A DNA stretch of 64,000 bases from Burkholderiaceae bacterium (GCA_030123545.1 CP126124.1:1451784-1515783), one strand, 5' to 3'. Shown: positions 1 to 13,472, counted from the first letter of the stretch. Program-made: numbers and translations. Notes: a model not told the origin generated them from the sequence alone.

Positions 1-637
1 TGATCCGGTGATGCACGAAGCGGCTCAGCAGCGCGCCGATCGCCAGCGCCGGCAGCAACTCGATCGCAGCGCCGAACTGGGTCGGACCGACGCGGCCGGT
101 GAACAACAGGATGACGAGCGAGAACAGCTCGCCGACCAGGAAGCACAGCGCGACCGTCGAGCGCATCACCGGCGCGCTCTGGTGCTGGTACACCAGCGCC
201 AGCGGCGGGCCGCCGATGCCGGTCGCGGTTTCCGTGACGCCGGTGACCAGTCCGGCCGCGACGAACGCATGGCGGTTCGGCGAGAACGCCGGCATCACCA
301 GCGTGGCGACGGCGGCCGCGATGGTGGCCGCGCCGACGAACACCGCCAGACTGGGCGCGCTGAGCGCAGCCAGCACCCACAGCCCGCCAGCGGTGCCGAA
401 CACGCGGCCCGCGGTGATCCAGCTCGCGCCGTGGCGATCGACCGCTCGCCGCTCACGCCACGCGACGTAGAAGTTCAGCGGCAGCATCAGGATCAGCACG
501 CACACCGGCAGCAGGTCGGGCCGGACGATCCCGATCACCGGCGCGCTGATCAGCGCGAAGCCGACGCCGGTCGATCCCTGCACGAACGCGGCGATCAGCA
601 CGACGCTGGAGATGACGAGGAATTGGTCTGGACTCAC
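1..637 (-). CDS. TauE/SafE (DUF81) family membrane transporter; 3' end cut by the window edge
   Basis: Hand translation of the minus strand from GTG (637-635) gives VSPDQFLVISSVVLIAAFVQGSTGVGFALISAPVIGIV... It is hydrophobic with strong GC3 bias. GTGA start/stop overlap with the upstream amidohydrolase stop (636-634). Absent from the ORF track because it has no stop in the window. Confidence 0.55.
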   Translation of the reverse strand, partial: MSPDQFLVISSVVLIAAFVQGSTGVGFALISAPVIGIVRPDLLPVCVLILMLPLNFYVAWRERRAVDRHGASWITAGRVFGTAGGLWVLAALSAPSLAVFVGAATIAAAVATLVMPAFSPNRHAFVAAGLVTGVTETATGIGGPPLALVYQHQSAPVMRSTVALCFLVGELFSLVILLFTGRVGPTQFGAAIELLPALAIGALLSRFVHHRI

Positions 638-2109
638 GGGCGGCCCGCCGTTTGCGAAGTGGAGGTGCCGCGCTGTGCGCGACGATGTTCGGCCGCAGGC
701 AGGTGCAGGCGCTGGATCGGCGCACGCGCCGCCGCGTCGCGCGCCTTGTCGGCGACCTGCCGCTGCAGCGCCTTCGCGTCCCAGTCCAGCGGCCAGCCGT
801 GCCAGAGACGCAGCCGGCCGGCGACGAAGGTGGCGACGATCTGGTCCCGGTTGCCGAGGCGTACCAAGTCCCAAGTCAGGTCGAAGGTCGAGCACATCTC
901 CGGCGTATCGACATCGACGATCAGGAAATCGGCCTCCTTGCCGACCGCGATCTCGCCGATCCGGTGGCCCTGTCCGATCGCGCGCGCGCCCTCGTGCGTT
1001 GCGTGGTCGAACCAGGTCCAGCCGCCGCCACAGGACGCGTCGCCGATGGAGAGGCCGAACGCCAGCTTCTGCGCCGCTTCCGCGCTGTCCATCAGCCGGA
1101 ACGCGTCGCTGCGGGTCGCGTCGGTGCCAAGCCCGAAGCGGATGCCGAGCGCAGCCATCAGGTGCGCCGGCGCGACCGCGTTGCCCTTCCACTGGCTGGC
1201 GACCGGGTTGTAGCTGACCGCGGTGTCGGTGTCACGCAGCAGCGCCAGCTCGGGCGGCGTGACCAGCGTGCCGTGCGCGATCAGCAGCTGCGGGCCGAGC
1301 ACCCCCAACTGCGCGAGCAACTCCAGCGGGCGCATGCCGCGCTGCACGATCGAGCGCTCGACCGATGCCAGGTGTTCGTTCACGTGAGTCTGAAACACCG
1401 CGCCGGCTTCGGCGCACAGCGACGACACGCGCTGCAGCATCGCGTCGGAAGCAGCCTCGGGCACCGAGATCGCGAGCGACGGATGGATCAGCCGGCTGCT
1501 CGACCATTGCTCGAGGAACCGCTCGGCGCGCTGCTCGATTTCTTGCCGCTGGTCCGCGTTGCTGACGTTGCCGCTGTCGTTGCAGATCAGGCCCAGCACG
1601 CAGCGCAGGCCGGCCTCCTGCGTGGCCGCGGCCAGCGCGCCGATATCGCCGGTGGCGCGGGTTCCGGCGTCGCAGACCGTGGTGAAGCCGCCGCGCAGCG
1701 ACTCCAGCGCCGCGAGCTTGCCGCTCTGGTAGACGAACTCCTCGTCCAGGCTGGCTTCGAGCGGCACCCAGATCCGGCGGAAGATCTCGGACGGCTCGCC
1801 GTAGGCCAGCGACTTGCCGAACGATTGCGTCAGGTGGTGGTGCGCGTCGATCATGCCCGGCATCACGATCTTGCCGGGCAGCTCGGTCGGCGTCAGATGC
1901 GGGTGGCGCGCGGCGACGAGCGCGGCCGGACCGAGGTCGGCAAACCTGCTTTCGCGCACCAGCACCGCATGGTTCTCTGCCGGGCCGTCCTGCAGCATCA
2001 CGCTGTCGGGGACCAGCAGCAGCTCGGGTGCGTCGAGTTGCCTGGCTTCGAGATCGGTCGGGACTTCGGTGGGGATTTCAATGGGCATTGTTGGCACCTT
2101 CGATGGCAT
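634..2109 (-). CDS. amidohydrolase-superfamily deaminase/chlorohydrolase (guanine or aminonucleobase deaminase-like)
   Basis: 491-aa ORF with the metal-ligand motifs MPGMIDAHHHLTQS, THVNEH and GLGTDATRSD. Alternative start MPIEIP at 2088. Overlaps the stop of the upstream permease, consistent with an operon. Confidence 0.75.
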   Translation of the reverse strand: MPSKVPTMPIEIPTEVPTDLEARQLDAPELLLVPDSVMLQDGPAENHAVLVRESRFADLGPAALVAARHPHLTPTELPGKIVMPGMIDAHHHLTQSFGKSLAYGEPSEIFRRIWVPLEASLDEEFVYQSGKLAALESLRGGFTTVCDAGTRATGDIGALAAATQEAGLRCVLGLICNDSGNVSNADQRQEIEQRAERFLEQWSSSRLIHPSLAISVPEAASDAMLQRVSSLCAEAGAVFQTHVNEHLASVERSIVQRGMRPLELLAQLGVLGPQLLIAHGTLVTPPELALLRDTDTAVSYNPVASQWKGNAVAPAHLMAALGIRFGLGTDATRSDAFRLMDSAEAAQKLAFGLSIGDASCGGGWTWFDHATHEGARAIGQGHRIGEIAVGKEADFLIVDVDTPEMCSTFDLTWDLVRLGNRDQIVATFVAGRLRLWHGWPLDWDAKALQRQVADKARDAAARAPIQRLHLPAAEHRRAQRGTSTSQTAGRP

Positions 2110-3436
2110 CCGGGTTCGCCGCGGCGACCACCGGTTTGCCGGGAAAATGGTTGAACACGATGTTCAGGATGACGGCGGTTATTGAACCCATCGCCAGCCC
2201 GTTGCCGACGATCAGTTGCATCGTCATTGGGAACTTGTTGTACAGACCGGGCACCAGGATCGGCAGCAGACCCATGGTCAAGGCAGCCGCCAGCACGAAC
2301 ATGTTGCCGCGATCATGCAGGTCGACCCGACGGAGGATGTTGATGCCTATGGTGCCGATCACCGCGAACACCACCATCGCGGTGCCGCCGACGACCGCGG
2401 CCGGGATCGCATCTGCGAGCCGACCGAGCGGCGCGAGCAGCGCGATCAGGACCAGAATCACGCCGGCTGCTGCCGTCACGTAGCGCGAGCGCACGTTGGT
2501 GGCGCGGACGATGCCGATGTTCTCACCGCTGGTGATGATCATCGAGGTGCCGAAGAATCCGCCGAGCAGCGATATGAGTGCGTCACCGCGGATGGTGCGC
2601 GGCACCACGTCGCGCGGCTCGACTTTGCGGCCGACGATTTCGGCGACGGCGAGCGTCTGGCCGGTGGCCTCGACCATCGAAATCACGCTGAAGATCAAGA
2701 GCGGCGTCGCCGCAATCAGGCTGAAATGCGGCATTCCGAACGGCAGCAGCGTCGGAGCGGCCCAGATCGGGCCGGTGCCGACGCCGGCCAGAGTCATGTG
2801 CCCGGTCAGACCCGCCAGCACCGCGCCGGCGACCAGCCCCAGCAGCACCGACAACTGTCCGAGCGTGCCCTTGAACAGGCGGGCGAACAGCACGGTGAAG
2901 CCCACCGTCGCGAGTGCGAGCCCGATGCTCGCCGGGTCGCCGAACGCGGGCGTGCCGGGCCGGCCGGCGATGATGCCGCCGTAGATCTTCAACAGGTTGA
3001 TCGACACCAGCAGCAGCAGCGTCCCGATGACGATATTCGGGAAGTACTTAAGGCAGCGCGAGAACACCGGCAGCACCAGGAAATAGAACACGGCGGTCAG
3101 GATCACCGCGCCGGACGCGGTCTGCAGATTCGTCTGCTGCGCGATCTGCAGGAACATCACGATCGGCGCGCCGCCCGGCACCATCACGAACGGCAGCTTG
3201 GCGCCGAATTTCCAGATCCCGATCGATTGCAGCAGCGAGCCCACGCCGCAAAGCAGGAACGTTGCGCTGATCAGGTTGATCGTCAGCCCCGTTGGAAGTC
3301 CGAGCGCCTTTGCAATCAGGAACACCGAGGTGATCGGCACCGCGGCCATCACCATCACGTGCTGCAGGCCGAACAGCAGCAGTTTCGGAATCGGCAATAC
3401 GGTGTCTACAGGATGCGTGCCCGTGGGCTGGGTCAT
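2078..3436 (-). CDS. NCS2-family nucleobase:cation symporter (xanthine/uracil/purine permease)
   Basis: Polytopic membrane protein (LLFGLQHVMVMAAVPITSVFLIAKALG..., about 12 hydrophobic segments). Start chosen at MTQPTG (ATG 3436-3434) behind a GGAGAC Shine-Dalgarno. The ORF track extends it to 3478. Confidence 0.8.
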   Translation of the reverse strand: MTQPTGTHPVDTVLPIPKLLLFGLQHVMVMAAVPITSVFLIAKALGLPTGLTINLISATFLLCGVGSLLQSIGIWKFGAKLPFVMVPGGAPIVMFLQIAQQTNLQTASGAVILTAVFYFLVLPVFSRCLKYFPNIVIGTLLLLVSINLLKIYGGIIAGRPGTPAFGDPASIGLALATVGFTVLFARLFKGTLGQLSVLLGLVAGAVLAGLTGHMTLAGVGTGPIWAAPTLLPFGMPHFSLIAATPLLIFSVISMVEATGQTLAVAEIVGRKVEPRDVVPRTIRGDALISLLGGFFGTSMIITSGENIGIVRATNVRSRYVTAAAGVILVLIALLAPLGRLADAIPAAVVGGTAMVVFAVIGTIGINILRRVDLHDRGNMFVLAAALTMGLLPILVPGLYNKFPMTMQLIVGNGLAMGSITAVILNIVFNHFPGKPVVAAANPDAIEGANNAH

Positions 3437-3475
3437 GGTCGTCTCCGGTCGAAATGTTATGGATGCATTGGTTAC

Positions 3476-3491
3476 CACAAATCGATTTGGG
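3476..3491. promoter_or_regulatory. LacI-type palindromic operator, copy 1 (CACAAATCGATTTGGG)
   Basis: Perfect 10-bp palindrome AAATCGATTT with a central CG, 14/16 symmetric. Lies in the divergent region between the permease operon and the LacI gene. Confidence 0.55.
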
Positions 3492-3545
3492 CGGCCTATC
3501 GAAAAACGCCCTCACGTGGGCGTTCAAAGTGACTTCAATCAGCTT

Positions 3546-3561
3546 CCTAAATCGATTTGGG
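3546..3561. promoter_or_regulatory. LacI-type palindromic operator, copy 2 (CCTAAATCGATTTGGG)
   Basis: Same AAATCGATTTGGGCG core repeated 70 bp from copy 1 in the same intergenic region. Confidence 0.55.
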
Positions 3562-3681
3562 CGATTCAATCACGATTATTTTTGGCTGTCAACCGGGTTT
3601 TCTAGCGATTTCGACATCGATGGAACCGGCTTGCGGCGACGGAGTTGGTGCGGTCGGGCACCGAGGCGCTAGCATTCGCCC

Positions 3682-4713
3682 ATGAGCAGCGATGCGGGCG
3701 GAACGAAGCGGCGGGTCAACATCTCGGACGTGGCGCGCGAGGCGGGCGTGTCGCCGACCACCGTCTCGCATGCGCTGAACGGGCGGGGCCAGGTCGATCT
3801 GCGCACGCGCAAGCGGGTCGAGACCGCCGCCGCCAAGCTCGGGTACCGGCCGAACCGCCATGCGCAGCGCTTGCGCACCGGCGAGGCGCACATGATTGCG
3901 CTGCTGTCTTCGATGCCGTTTGCGATTGCCGGCGGGCCGTCACGGCTTGGTTTCCTGATGGAGATCGCCGCGGTCGCGGCGACCGCGGCGCTGACCCGCG
4001 GCCTGGCACTGGTGCTGGCGCCGCCGATGGAAAACGGCGCGGTCCCGCTGGATCTGCTGGACGTCGATGGGGCGCTGGTGGTCGAGCCGTCGGCGCGGGA
4101 TCCGAACATCGAGGTGCTGCAGCAGCGCGGCCTGCCGGTGGTCGCGATCGGCCGCCAGCCGGGCTCCGGCGACACCGTGCCGTTCGTCGAAATCCATTCG
4201 GCCGAGACGACGCAGCGGCTGCTCGACCACCTGTATATCCAAGGCGCGCGCAAGGTGGCGATGGTACTTGGATCGGCCCAGCGGAACTCCTATCTCGAGG
4301 CCGAGGCGGTTTATCGGGCCGCCGCCCTGCAGCGCGACGCCCCCTGCCTGCTGATGCACGCGGACGAGCAGCAGGGCGAGGCCGGCGGCTACCAGGCGAC
4401 GATGGCGTTGCTCTCAAAGCATCCCGACATCGACGCGTTCTGCGTGACGGTCGATGCGTTCGCGGTCGGCGCGGTGCGGGCGCTGCAGGACGCCGGCCGC
4501 CGCATCCCGCAGGACGTGATGGTCGTCACCCGCTACGACGGGCTGCGCGCGCAGACCTGCGAGCCGCCGCTGACCGCGATCGACATGTGTCTGGATCAGA
4601 CCGCGGACCTGGCGGTCGCCCTGTTGTTCGAGCATCTGCGCGGTGATGGGACGACGCGCAGCGTGCCGGGGCCGCAGACTCGCCTCGTGCCCCGTGCGTC
4701 GTCGCTGCGCTGA
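3682..4713 (+). CDS. LacI-family transcriptional regulator
   Basis: N-terminal HTH NISDVAREAGVSPTTVSHALNG followed by a periplasmic-binding-protein-like sugar-binding fold. Divergent from the permease operon. Confidence 0.85.
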   Translation: MSSDAGGTKRRVNISDVAREAGVSPTTVSHALNGRGQVDLRTRKRVETAAAKLGYRPNRHAQRLRTGEAHMIALLSSMPFAIAGGPSRLGFLMEIAAVAATAALTRGLALVLAPPMENGAVPLDLLDVDGALVVEPSARDPNIEVLQQRGLPVVAIGRQPGSGDTVPFVEIHSAETTQRLLDHLYIQGARKVAMVLGSAQRNSYLEAEAVYRAAALQRDAPCLLMHADEQQGEAGGYQATMALLSKHPDIDAFCVTVDAFAVGAVRALQDAGRRIPQDVMVVTRYDGLRAQTCEPPLTAIDMCLDQTADLAVALLFEHLRGDGTTRSVPGPQTRLVPRASSLR

Positions 4714-4745
4714 AATTCAGGCGAACCGCCGGCGCCGTGGCCGCG

Positions 4746-5024
4746 CTACTTGTCGGTCACCTGCACGAAGATCTCGCCCGGCTTGACCATGCCCAGTTCC
4801 ATGCGCGCCTTTTCCTCGATCATGTCGCGCCCGTTCTTCAGGTCCGCGACCTCGGAGCGCAACTGTTCGTTCGCGATCTGGGTCTGCGTGTTGGCGGTGT
4901 GCAGCGCTGCGAGCTTCTCGCGCATCTGATGCACGTCGGGGATGCTGCCGCGGCCGGTCCACAGCTGCACCTGCAACACCGCCAGCAGCACCAGCAGCAC
5001 CACCATCGCGAAGCGCGCGCCCAT
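4746..5024 (-). CDS. ftsB: cell division protein FtsB
   Basis: 92 aa: MGARFAMVVLLVLLAVLQVQLW (TM segment), then a coiled coil, then EEKARMELGMVKPGEIF. Sits immediately downstream of eno as usual. Only the 3' end of track ORF 4746..6254 is real. Confidence 0.85.
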   Translation of the reverse strand: MGARFAMVVLLVLLAVLQVQLWTGRGSIPDVHQMREKLAALHTANTQTQIANEQLRSEVADLKNGRDMIEEKARMELGMVKPGEIFVQVTDK

Positions 5025-5035
5025 CGTCGCTCCCG

Positions 5036-6394
<1,359 letters not shown>

Positions 6395-6688
6395 CTACGC
6401 CACGCCTTCGACGGCGATCATGTTCATCACCGCCGCGCCGGCCCGCGCCTGCCGCGCCCGGCCGTACTCGGACGAGTGGTAGAACGCCTTCGCCCGCTCG
6501 AAGCTCGCGAACTTCAGCACCACGACGCGGGTCGGGTTCCAGTCACCCTCGAGCGGCTCGGTCCGGCCGCCGCGCACGCAGACCTGGGCGCCGTGCTGCT
6601 CCATCGCGGCGCTGGACAGCTTCTTGTACTCCTCGTACTGCGCGGGGTTCGTGACATCGATATAGGCGATGACGTAGCCTGGATTCAT
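6395..6688 (-). CDS. DUF1330 domain protein
   Basis: 97 aa: [23 protein letters not shown]... ATGA overlap with the kdsA stop. Confidence 0.7.
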   Translation of the reverse strand: MNPGYVIAYIDVTNPAQYEEYKKLSSAAMEQHGAQVCVRGGRTEPLEGDWNPTRVVVLKFASFERAKAFYHSSEYGRARQARAGAAVMNMIAVEGVA

Positions 6689-7539
6689 TCGAAGTCGTCT
6701 TCCAGAAAGCGGCGCTGCTTGGCGACCGCGTCGAGCGCGACCAGCGTCTCGAGCAACGCCTTCATGTGCTTGAGTGGCACCGCGTTCGGTCCGTCCGACA
6801 GCGCATGCGCCGGATCAGGATGCGTTTCCATGAACAGCCCGGCGACGCCGACCGCGACCGCGGCGCGCGCGAGCACCGGAACAAATTCGCGCTGGCCGCC
6901 CGAGCTCGTCCCCTGGCCGCCGGGCAGTTGCACCGAATGAGTCGCATCGAACACCACCGGCGCGCCGGTCTCGCGCATGATCGCAAGGCTCCTCATGTCC
7001 GAGACGAGGTTGTTGTAGCCGAAGCTCGCGCCGCGTTCGCAGGCGAGAAAGCTGTCTTCGGGCAAATTCTTCTCGCGGGCCGCGGCGCGCGCCTTGTCGA
7101 TCACGTTCTTCATGTCATGGGGCGCGAGGAACTGCCCCTTCTTGATGTTCACCGGCCGCCCCGACTGCGCCACCGCGCGGATGAAGTCGGTCTGGCGGCA
7201 CAGAAACGCCGGCGTCTGCAGCACGTCGACCATCTGCGCCGCTGCGCGGATGTCGTCCTCGCTGTGCACGTCGGTCAACACCGGGACGCCGATGTCGCGC
7301 TTCACCTTCGCCAGGATCTCCAGCCCCTTGCCTCGGCCGAGACCGCGAAAGCTGCTGCCCGACGAGCGGTTCGCCTTGTCGAAGCTGCTCTTGAAGATGA
7401 ACGGGACGCCGAGCGCGGAAGTGATTTCCATGAGCTGCCCGGCGACGTCGATTTGCAGCTGCTCGGACTCGACCACGCAGGGGCCCGCAATCAGGAAGAA
7501 GCGATGCGCGAGGCCGGCCTCGAAGCCGCAGAGCCTCAT
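6685..7539 (-). CDS. kdsA: 3-deoxy-8-phosphooctulonate synthase
   Basis: 284 aa with [18 protein letters not shown] and [12 protein letters not shown] motifs. Confidence 0.95.
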   Translation of the reverse strand: MRLCGFEAGLAHRFFLIAGPCVVESEQLQIDVAGQLMEITSALGVPFIFKSSFDKANRSSGSSFRGLGRGKGLEILAKVKRDIGVPVLTDVHSEDDIRAAAQMVDVLQTPAFLCRQTDFIRAVAQSGRPVNIKKGQFLAPHDMKNVIDKARAAAREKNLPEDSFLACERGASFGYNNLVSDMRSLAIMRETGAPVVFDATHSVQLPGGQGTSSGGQREFVPVLARAAVAVGVAGLFMETHPDPAHALSDGPNAVPLKHMKALLETLVALDAVAKQRRFLEDDFE

Positions 7540-7540
7540 G

Positions 7541-9262
<1,722 letters not shown>

Positions 9263-9288
9263 TTATAGGGGTCTGCTACATTGCGCCC

Positions 9289-10503
9289 ATGACGGACCTT
9301 GCGGGCAAGCATCTGGTGCTCGGGCTGACCGGCGGCATCGCCTGCTACAAGGCCGCCGAGTTGTGCCGCGGCCTGGTGAAGGCCGGCGCAACGGTGCAGG
9401 TGGTGATGACGCAGGACGCCGAACGGTTCATCACCCCGGTGACGATGCAGGCCTTGAGCGCGGCCCCGGTGTTCGACTCGACCTGGGACGCGCGCGAGGC
9501 GAACAACATGCCGCACATCAATCTGTCGCGCGCGGCCGACGCGATCCTGGTCGCTCCCTGCAGCGCCGACTTCATTGCGAAACTCGCACTGGGCCGTGCG
9601 GACGACCTGCTGTCGCTGCTGTGCCTGGCGCGGCCGATCGAGCGGGTGCCGCTCTTGATCGCGCCGGCGATGAATCGCGAGATGTGGGCGCATCCGGCGA
9701 CCCAGCGCAACATGGCGCAGCTCGCGGCCGATGGCGGGGTGCTGCTTGGCGTCGGCAGCGGTTGGCAGGCCTGTGGCGAAACCGGCGACGGCCGCATGCT
9801 CGAGCCGCCCGAACTGCTGGAAGACGTGATTGCGTTCTTCGCGCCCAAGCTGCTTGCCGGCCGGCGCGTGCTGATCACCGCCGGGCCGACCTACGAGGCG
9901 ATCGATCCGGTGCGCGGCATCACGAACCGCTCCAGCGGCAAGATGGGCTTCGCGCTCGCGCGCGCCGCGCGCGAGGCCGGCGCCGAGGTCACGCTCATTG
10001 CCGGTCCGGTTGCGCTGCCGACACCGCGCGGCGCAACGAGGCTCGATGTGCGCTCCGCGCGCGAGATGCTCGCCGCGGTGCAGCAGCACGCGGACGCCGC
10101 TGACGTGTTCATCGCGACCGCGGCCGTGGCCGACTGGCGGCCCGAGAGCGCCGCACCGCAGAAGATCAAGAAGGACGGCTCGGACCGCGTGCCGGCGCTC
10201 GGCCTCGTCGAGAACCCCGACATCCTGGCCACGCTCGCGCGCTCGCCGCGCGCGCAGGCCGGCGCGCTGTTCTGCGTCGGTTTCGCGGCCGAGAGTGAGA
10301 ACCTCGCGGCCAACGCCGCGGCGAAGCGCGCGAAGAAGGGCGTGCCGCTCATGGTCGGCAACATCGGCCCGGCGACCTTCGGCCACGACGACAACGCGCT
10401 GCTGCTCATCGACGCGCACGGCGCGCATGAACTGGCGCGTGCGCCCAAGCTAGAGCTTGCTCGCCAATTGATAGCAGATATCGCTCGAAGGATAAGGGCC
10501 TGA
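9289..10503 (+). CDS. coaBC: bifunctional phosphopantothenoylcysteine decarboxylase / phosphopantothenate-cysteine ligase
   Basis: 404 aa: [35 protein letters not shown]. Confidence 0.93.
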   Translation: MTDLAGKHLVLGLTGGIACYKAAELCRGLVKAGATVQVVMTQDAERFITPVTMQALSAAPVFDSTWDAREANNMPHINLSRAADAILVAPCSADFIAKLALGRADDLLSLLCLARPIERVPLLIAPAMNREMWAHPATQRNMAQLAADGGVLLGVGSGWQACGETGDGRMLEPPELLEDVIAFFAPKLLAGRRVLITAGPTYEAIDPVRGITNRSSGKMGFALARAAREAGAEVTLIAGPVALPTPRGATRLDVRSAREMLAAVQQHADAADVFIATAAVADWRPESAAPQKIKKDGSDRVPALGLVENPDILATLARSPRAQAGALFCVGFAAESENLAANAAAKRAKKGVPLMVGNIGPATFGHDDNALLLIDAHGAHELARAPKLELARQLIADIARRIRA

Positions 10504-10526
10504 GCGGTATTTACCTTAAGAATCGC

Positions 10527-10973
10527 ATGATCATCGACGTCAAAATCCTCGATGCGCGGCTGCAGGACCGGCTGCCCGGCTACGCAACACCGGGCAGCGC
10601 TGGCCTCGACCTGCGGGCCTGTCTCGATGCGCCGCTGACCCTCGGGCCGAACGCCTGGCAGCTGGTGCCGACCGGCCTCGCGATCCATCTGGCCGACCCC
10701 GGCTATGCGGCGCTGATCCTGCCGCGCTCGGGATTGGGGCACAAGCACGGCATCGTGCTCGGAAACCTGGTCGGGCTGATCGACAGCGACTACCAGGGCC
10801 AGCTGATGGTCAGCGCCTGGAACCGCAGCGCCACCGCGTTCACGATAGCCCCGATGGAGCGTGTCGCGCAGCTCGTCGTCGTGCCGGTGCTGCAGGCCCG
10901 GTTCAATGTGGTCACCGAATTCCCGCCGAGCGAACGCGGCGCTGGCGGCTACGGCTCGACCGGCAAGCAGTAG
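10527..10973 (+). CDS. dut: dUTP diphosphatase
   Basis: 148 aa: [43 protein letters not shown]. Confidence 0.95.
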   Translation: MIIDVKILDARLQDRLPGYATPGSAGLDLRACLDAPLTLGPNAWQLVPTGLAIHLADPGYAALILPRSGLGHKHGIVLGNLVGLIDSDYQGQLMVSAWNRSATAFTIAPMERVAQLVVVPVLQARFNVVTEFPPSERGAGGYGSTGKQ

Positions 10974-11015
10974 CCGGCCGCGGCACCACGTTAGCGAGCC
11001 GGCCCGGCCGCCGCG

Positions 11016-11531
11016 TCAATCCGGCTTCGCAGCGCCCGGCGCAACGCGGAAGAACGCCGCGCCGCAGGAGCCGTGCGCCAGTTCTTCGTCGGTGGCCGCG
11101 CGTACCGAGACGATCTTCAGATGCAGCCGCAGTGCGATGCCCGCGAGCGGATGGTTGCCGTCGAGCACCACGTGGTCCGGATAGATGTCGGTCACGGTGT
11201 AGATCGCATCCTGGGGCGCGCCGGTCGGCGTCCCCGAGGGGAGGGCCGCGCCGGCAAAGCTCATTCCTTCTTCCAGTTCTGCGGGGAACGCCTCTCGCGG
11301 CTCGAGCAGGATCAGCTGGTCGTCGTAGTCGCCGAATGCCTGTTCCGGCTCCAGATGCAGGTCCAGCCGGTCGCCGGCGGCATGACCCTGCAGCGCGTCG
11401 TCGATCGCATCGAGCAGATCGCTGCCGCCGACCAGGAACTCGACCGGCTCGGCCAGAACGTCGAGCGTCTCGCCCAATGTGTCCTCGAGCTTCCAGGTCA
11501 GACCGACCACGCACTGCCTGTTGATTTCCAT
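11016..11531 (-). CDS. FKBP-type peptidyl-prolyl cis-trans isomerase (SlyD-like)
   Basis: 171 aa starting MEINRQCVVGLTWKLEDTLGE; ...VVLDGNHPLAGIALRLHLKIVSVRAATDEEL. Only the 3' part of track ORF 11016..13082 is real. Confidence 0.8.
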   Translation of the reverse strand: MEINRQCVVGLTWKLEDTLGETLDVLAEPVEFLVGGSDLLDAIDDALQGHAAGDRLDLHLEPEQAFGDYDDQLILLEPREAFPAELEEGMSFAGAALPSGTPTGAPQDAIYTVTDIYPDHVVLDGNHPLAGIALRLHLKIVSVRAATDEELAHGSCGAAFFRVAPGAAKPD

Positions 11532-11549
11532 TGCAGAATTGTCGCAGCT

Positions 11550-12704
11550 ATGAACATCACTCGCGCGTCGGCGCTGCTCGGAGGCCTCAGCCCCGCGCAG
11601 TTCATGAAACGGCATTGGCAAAAAAAGCCGCTGCTGGTGCGTCAGGCCGTGCCGGGCGTCGCGCCGCCGATGGGGCGCGCGGCGCTGTTCGAGCTCGCGG
11701 GGCAGGGCGGAGTCGAGTCGCGCCTCGTCGAACGCGATGCCGAGGGCTGGCGACTGCGCAGCGGCCCGTTCGCTCGCCGGTCGTTGCCGCCGCTCGCGCG
11801 TCCCGGATGGACACTGCTGGTGCAAGGCGTCGACCTGCATCTGGACGCGGCGCACGAGTTGCTGCAGCGCTTTCGCTTCATCCCCGACGCACGGCTGGAC
11901 GACCTGATGATCAGCTACGCGACCGACGGCGGCGGCGTCGGTCCGCATTTCGACAGCTACGACGTGTTCCTGCTGCAAGTGCAGGGGCGCCGCCGCTGGC
12001 GCATCGGTCGTCAGCGTGACCTGACGCTGCAAGCCGGGGCGCCGCTCAAGCTGCTGGCGCGGTTCACGCCGGAGCAGACCTTCGACCTCGACCCGGGCGA
12101 CATGCTGTACCTGCCGCCGCGCTGGGCGCACGACGGCGTCGCGCTCGGTGCATGCATGACCTGCTCGATCGGCTTTCGCGCGCCGGCCGCGCACGAGCTC
12201 GCGCGCGAACTGATGCACCGTATCGCCGACGCGCATGGGGACGCGGTCGGCGCCGCTGCCAGACCCTCGCTGTACCGCGACTCGGACCAGCCGGCCGCGG
12301 CCTCGCCCGGCCGGATTCCGTCCGCGCTGCAGGCGTTCGCGCAGCGCGCTCTGCACGCCGCGCAGCGCGATCCGCTGGCGCTGTCGCGCGCACTCGGTGA
12401 AGTGTTGTGCGAACCGAAGGCGACGGTCTGGTTCGAGCGGCGGCCGACGCCGCGCCGGCTGCAGCACCTGGTGCTTGATCGGCGCACGCGCATGCTGTTC
12501 GACGAGCACCATGTGTTTATCAATGGCGAGTCTCATCGCGCGCGCGGACAGGGCGCCGCGCTGCTGCGCCGGCTCGCGGATCGGCGCATGCTGGGCCCAA
12601 GCGATCTGCGCGACGCAGGCCCGGCACTGCGAGCGCTGCTGAGTAGCTGGTGCGAGGCCGGTTGGCTGCATCCGTCCGATCCGGCTGCCGATGACGCGGC
12701 GTAG
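11550..12704 (+). CDS. cupin-4 / JmjC-domain protein (ribosomal oxygenase RoxA/YcfD-like)
   Basis: Starts MNITRASALLGGLSPAQFMKRHWQKKPLL. Fe ligands in GGGVGPHFDSYDVFLLQ...WAHDGVA. The upstream part of track ORF 11073..12704 is antisense to the FKBP gene. Confidence 0.75.
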   Translation: MNITRASALLGGLSPAQFMKRHWQKKPLLVRQAVPGVAPPMGRAALFELAGQGGVESRLVERDAEGWRLRSGPFARRSLPPLARPGWTLLVQGVDLHLDAAHELLQRFRFIPDARLDDLMISYATDGGGVGPHFDSYDVFLLQVQGRRRWRIGRQRDLTLQAGAPLKLLARFTPEQTFDLDPGDMLYLPPRWAHDGVALGACMTCSIGFRAPAAHELARELMHRIADAHGDAVGAAARPSLYRDSDQPAAASPGRIPSALQAFAQRALHAAQRDPLALSRALGEVLCEPKATVWFERRPTPRRLQHLVLDRRTRMLFDEHHVFINGESHRARGQGAALLRRLADRRMLGPSDLRDAGPALRALLSSWCEAGWLHPSDPAADDAA

Positions 12705-12743
12705 GGAACCTGAACGACGGGTCCGCCCATTCGCGGGAAGGAG

Positions 12744-13295
12744 GTGCATGGCATGACTGCAAACCAAACCGGGGCCGCCAGCGGCCCAGCAGACGCGCGT
12801 GGCTCGATGGCGGCGCCGCTGCCGTCGGGCCGGTTTGCCGGCCCGGCCGCGTTCGCGCAGATCGTTCGCGACCTGTTCGCGCGTGCCGCCGACGCAGGCT
12901 GGCGCGAAATCATCATCAGCGACGCAAGCTTCGCCGACTGGCCGCTCGGCGAGCGCGCGTTCGCGCAATCGCTTCAAGACTGGGCGCAAGCCGGACGTCG
13001 GTTCACGATGCTGGCGCGGCAGTACGACGAAGTCAGTCGTCGGCATGCGCGTTTCGTGACCTGGCGGCGCACCTGGGCGCATCTGATCGACTGCCGCCGC
13101 TCCGCGCAGGCTGATGCTTTGGCCCTGCCGAGCGCGATCTGGACTCCGGTCTGGGCGCTGCGCCGGCTCGATCTGGAGCGCAGCACCGGGGTCTGCGGCA
13201 GCGAGCCGGAACGCCGACTGCAGATCCGGGAACTGCTCGACGAATGGCTGCGCCAGAGCGCGCCTGGCTTGCCGGCGTCGACGCTGGGGCTGTAA
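12744..13295 (+). CDS. conserved hypothetical protein
   Basis: 183-aa ORF with good GC3 bias, directly downstream of the cupin gene. No motif recognised. Confidence 0.5.
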   Translation: MHGMTANQTGAASGPADARGSMAAPLPSGRFAGPAAFAQIVRDLFARAADAGWREIIISDASFADWPLGERAFAQSLQDWAQAGRRFTMLARQYDEVSRRHARFVTWRRTWAHLIDCRRSAQADALALPSAIWTPVWALRRLDLERSTGVCGSEPERRLQIRELLDEWLRQSAPGLPASTLGL

Positions 13296-13472
13296 CTATG
13301 TACAGCCCACAAAGTGTTGCTTTTTGGTGTACGGGTTTTCGCTAGTTGCAGACCTCGCCCCCTATAATCAGCTGCTGAGATGGAAGGGCGAGAGTGCTTT
13401 CCCTCGGTCGATACAGCCCCTTGCTGTACTGACAATTTCCGGAAATTTTTCTCCATTGAAGGAACCTTTCAA

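Noticed and set aside
8-2154. Long + strand ORFs (8..1213, 612..1217, 652..2154) overlapping the minus-strand TauE and amidohydrolase genes
   Set aside because: The translations are Arg/Ala/Pro/Gly-rich with no motifs. These are typical antisense shadow ORFs of high-GC DNA, and the minus-strand frames carry clear family motifs and GC3 bias.
13346-13368. Sigma-70 promoter for the lipoprotein gene (TATAAT at 13363-13368 with TTGCAG at 13346-13351)
   Set aside because: The spacer is only 11 bp and there is no better -35 at the right distance. It is left unannotated.
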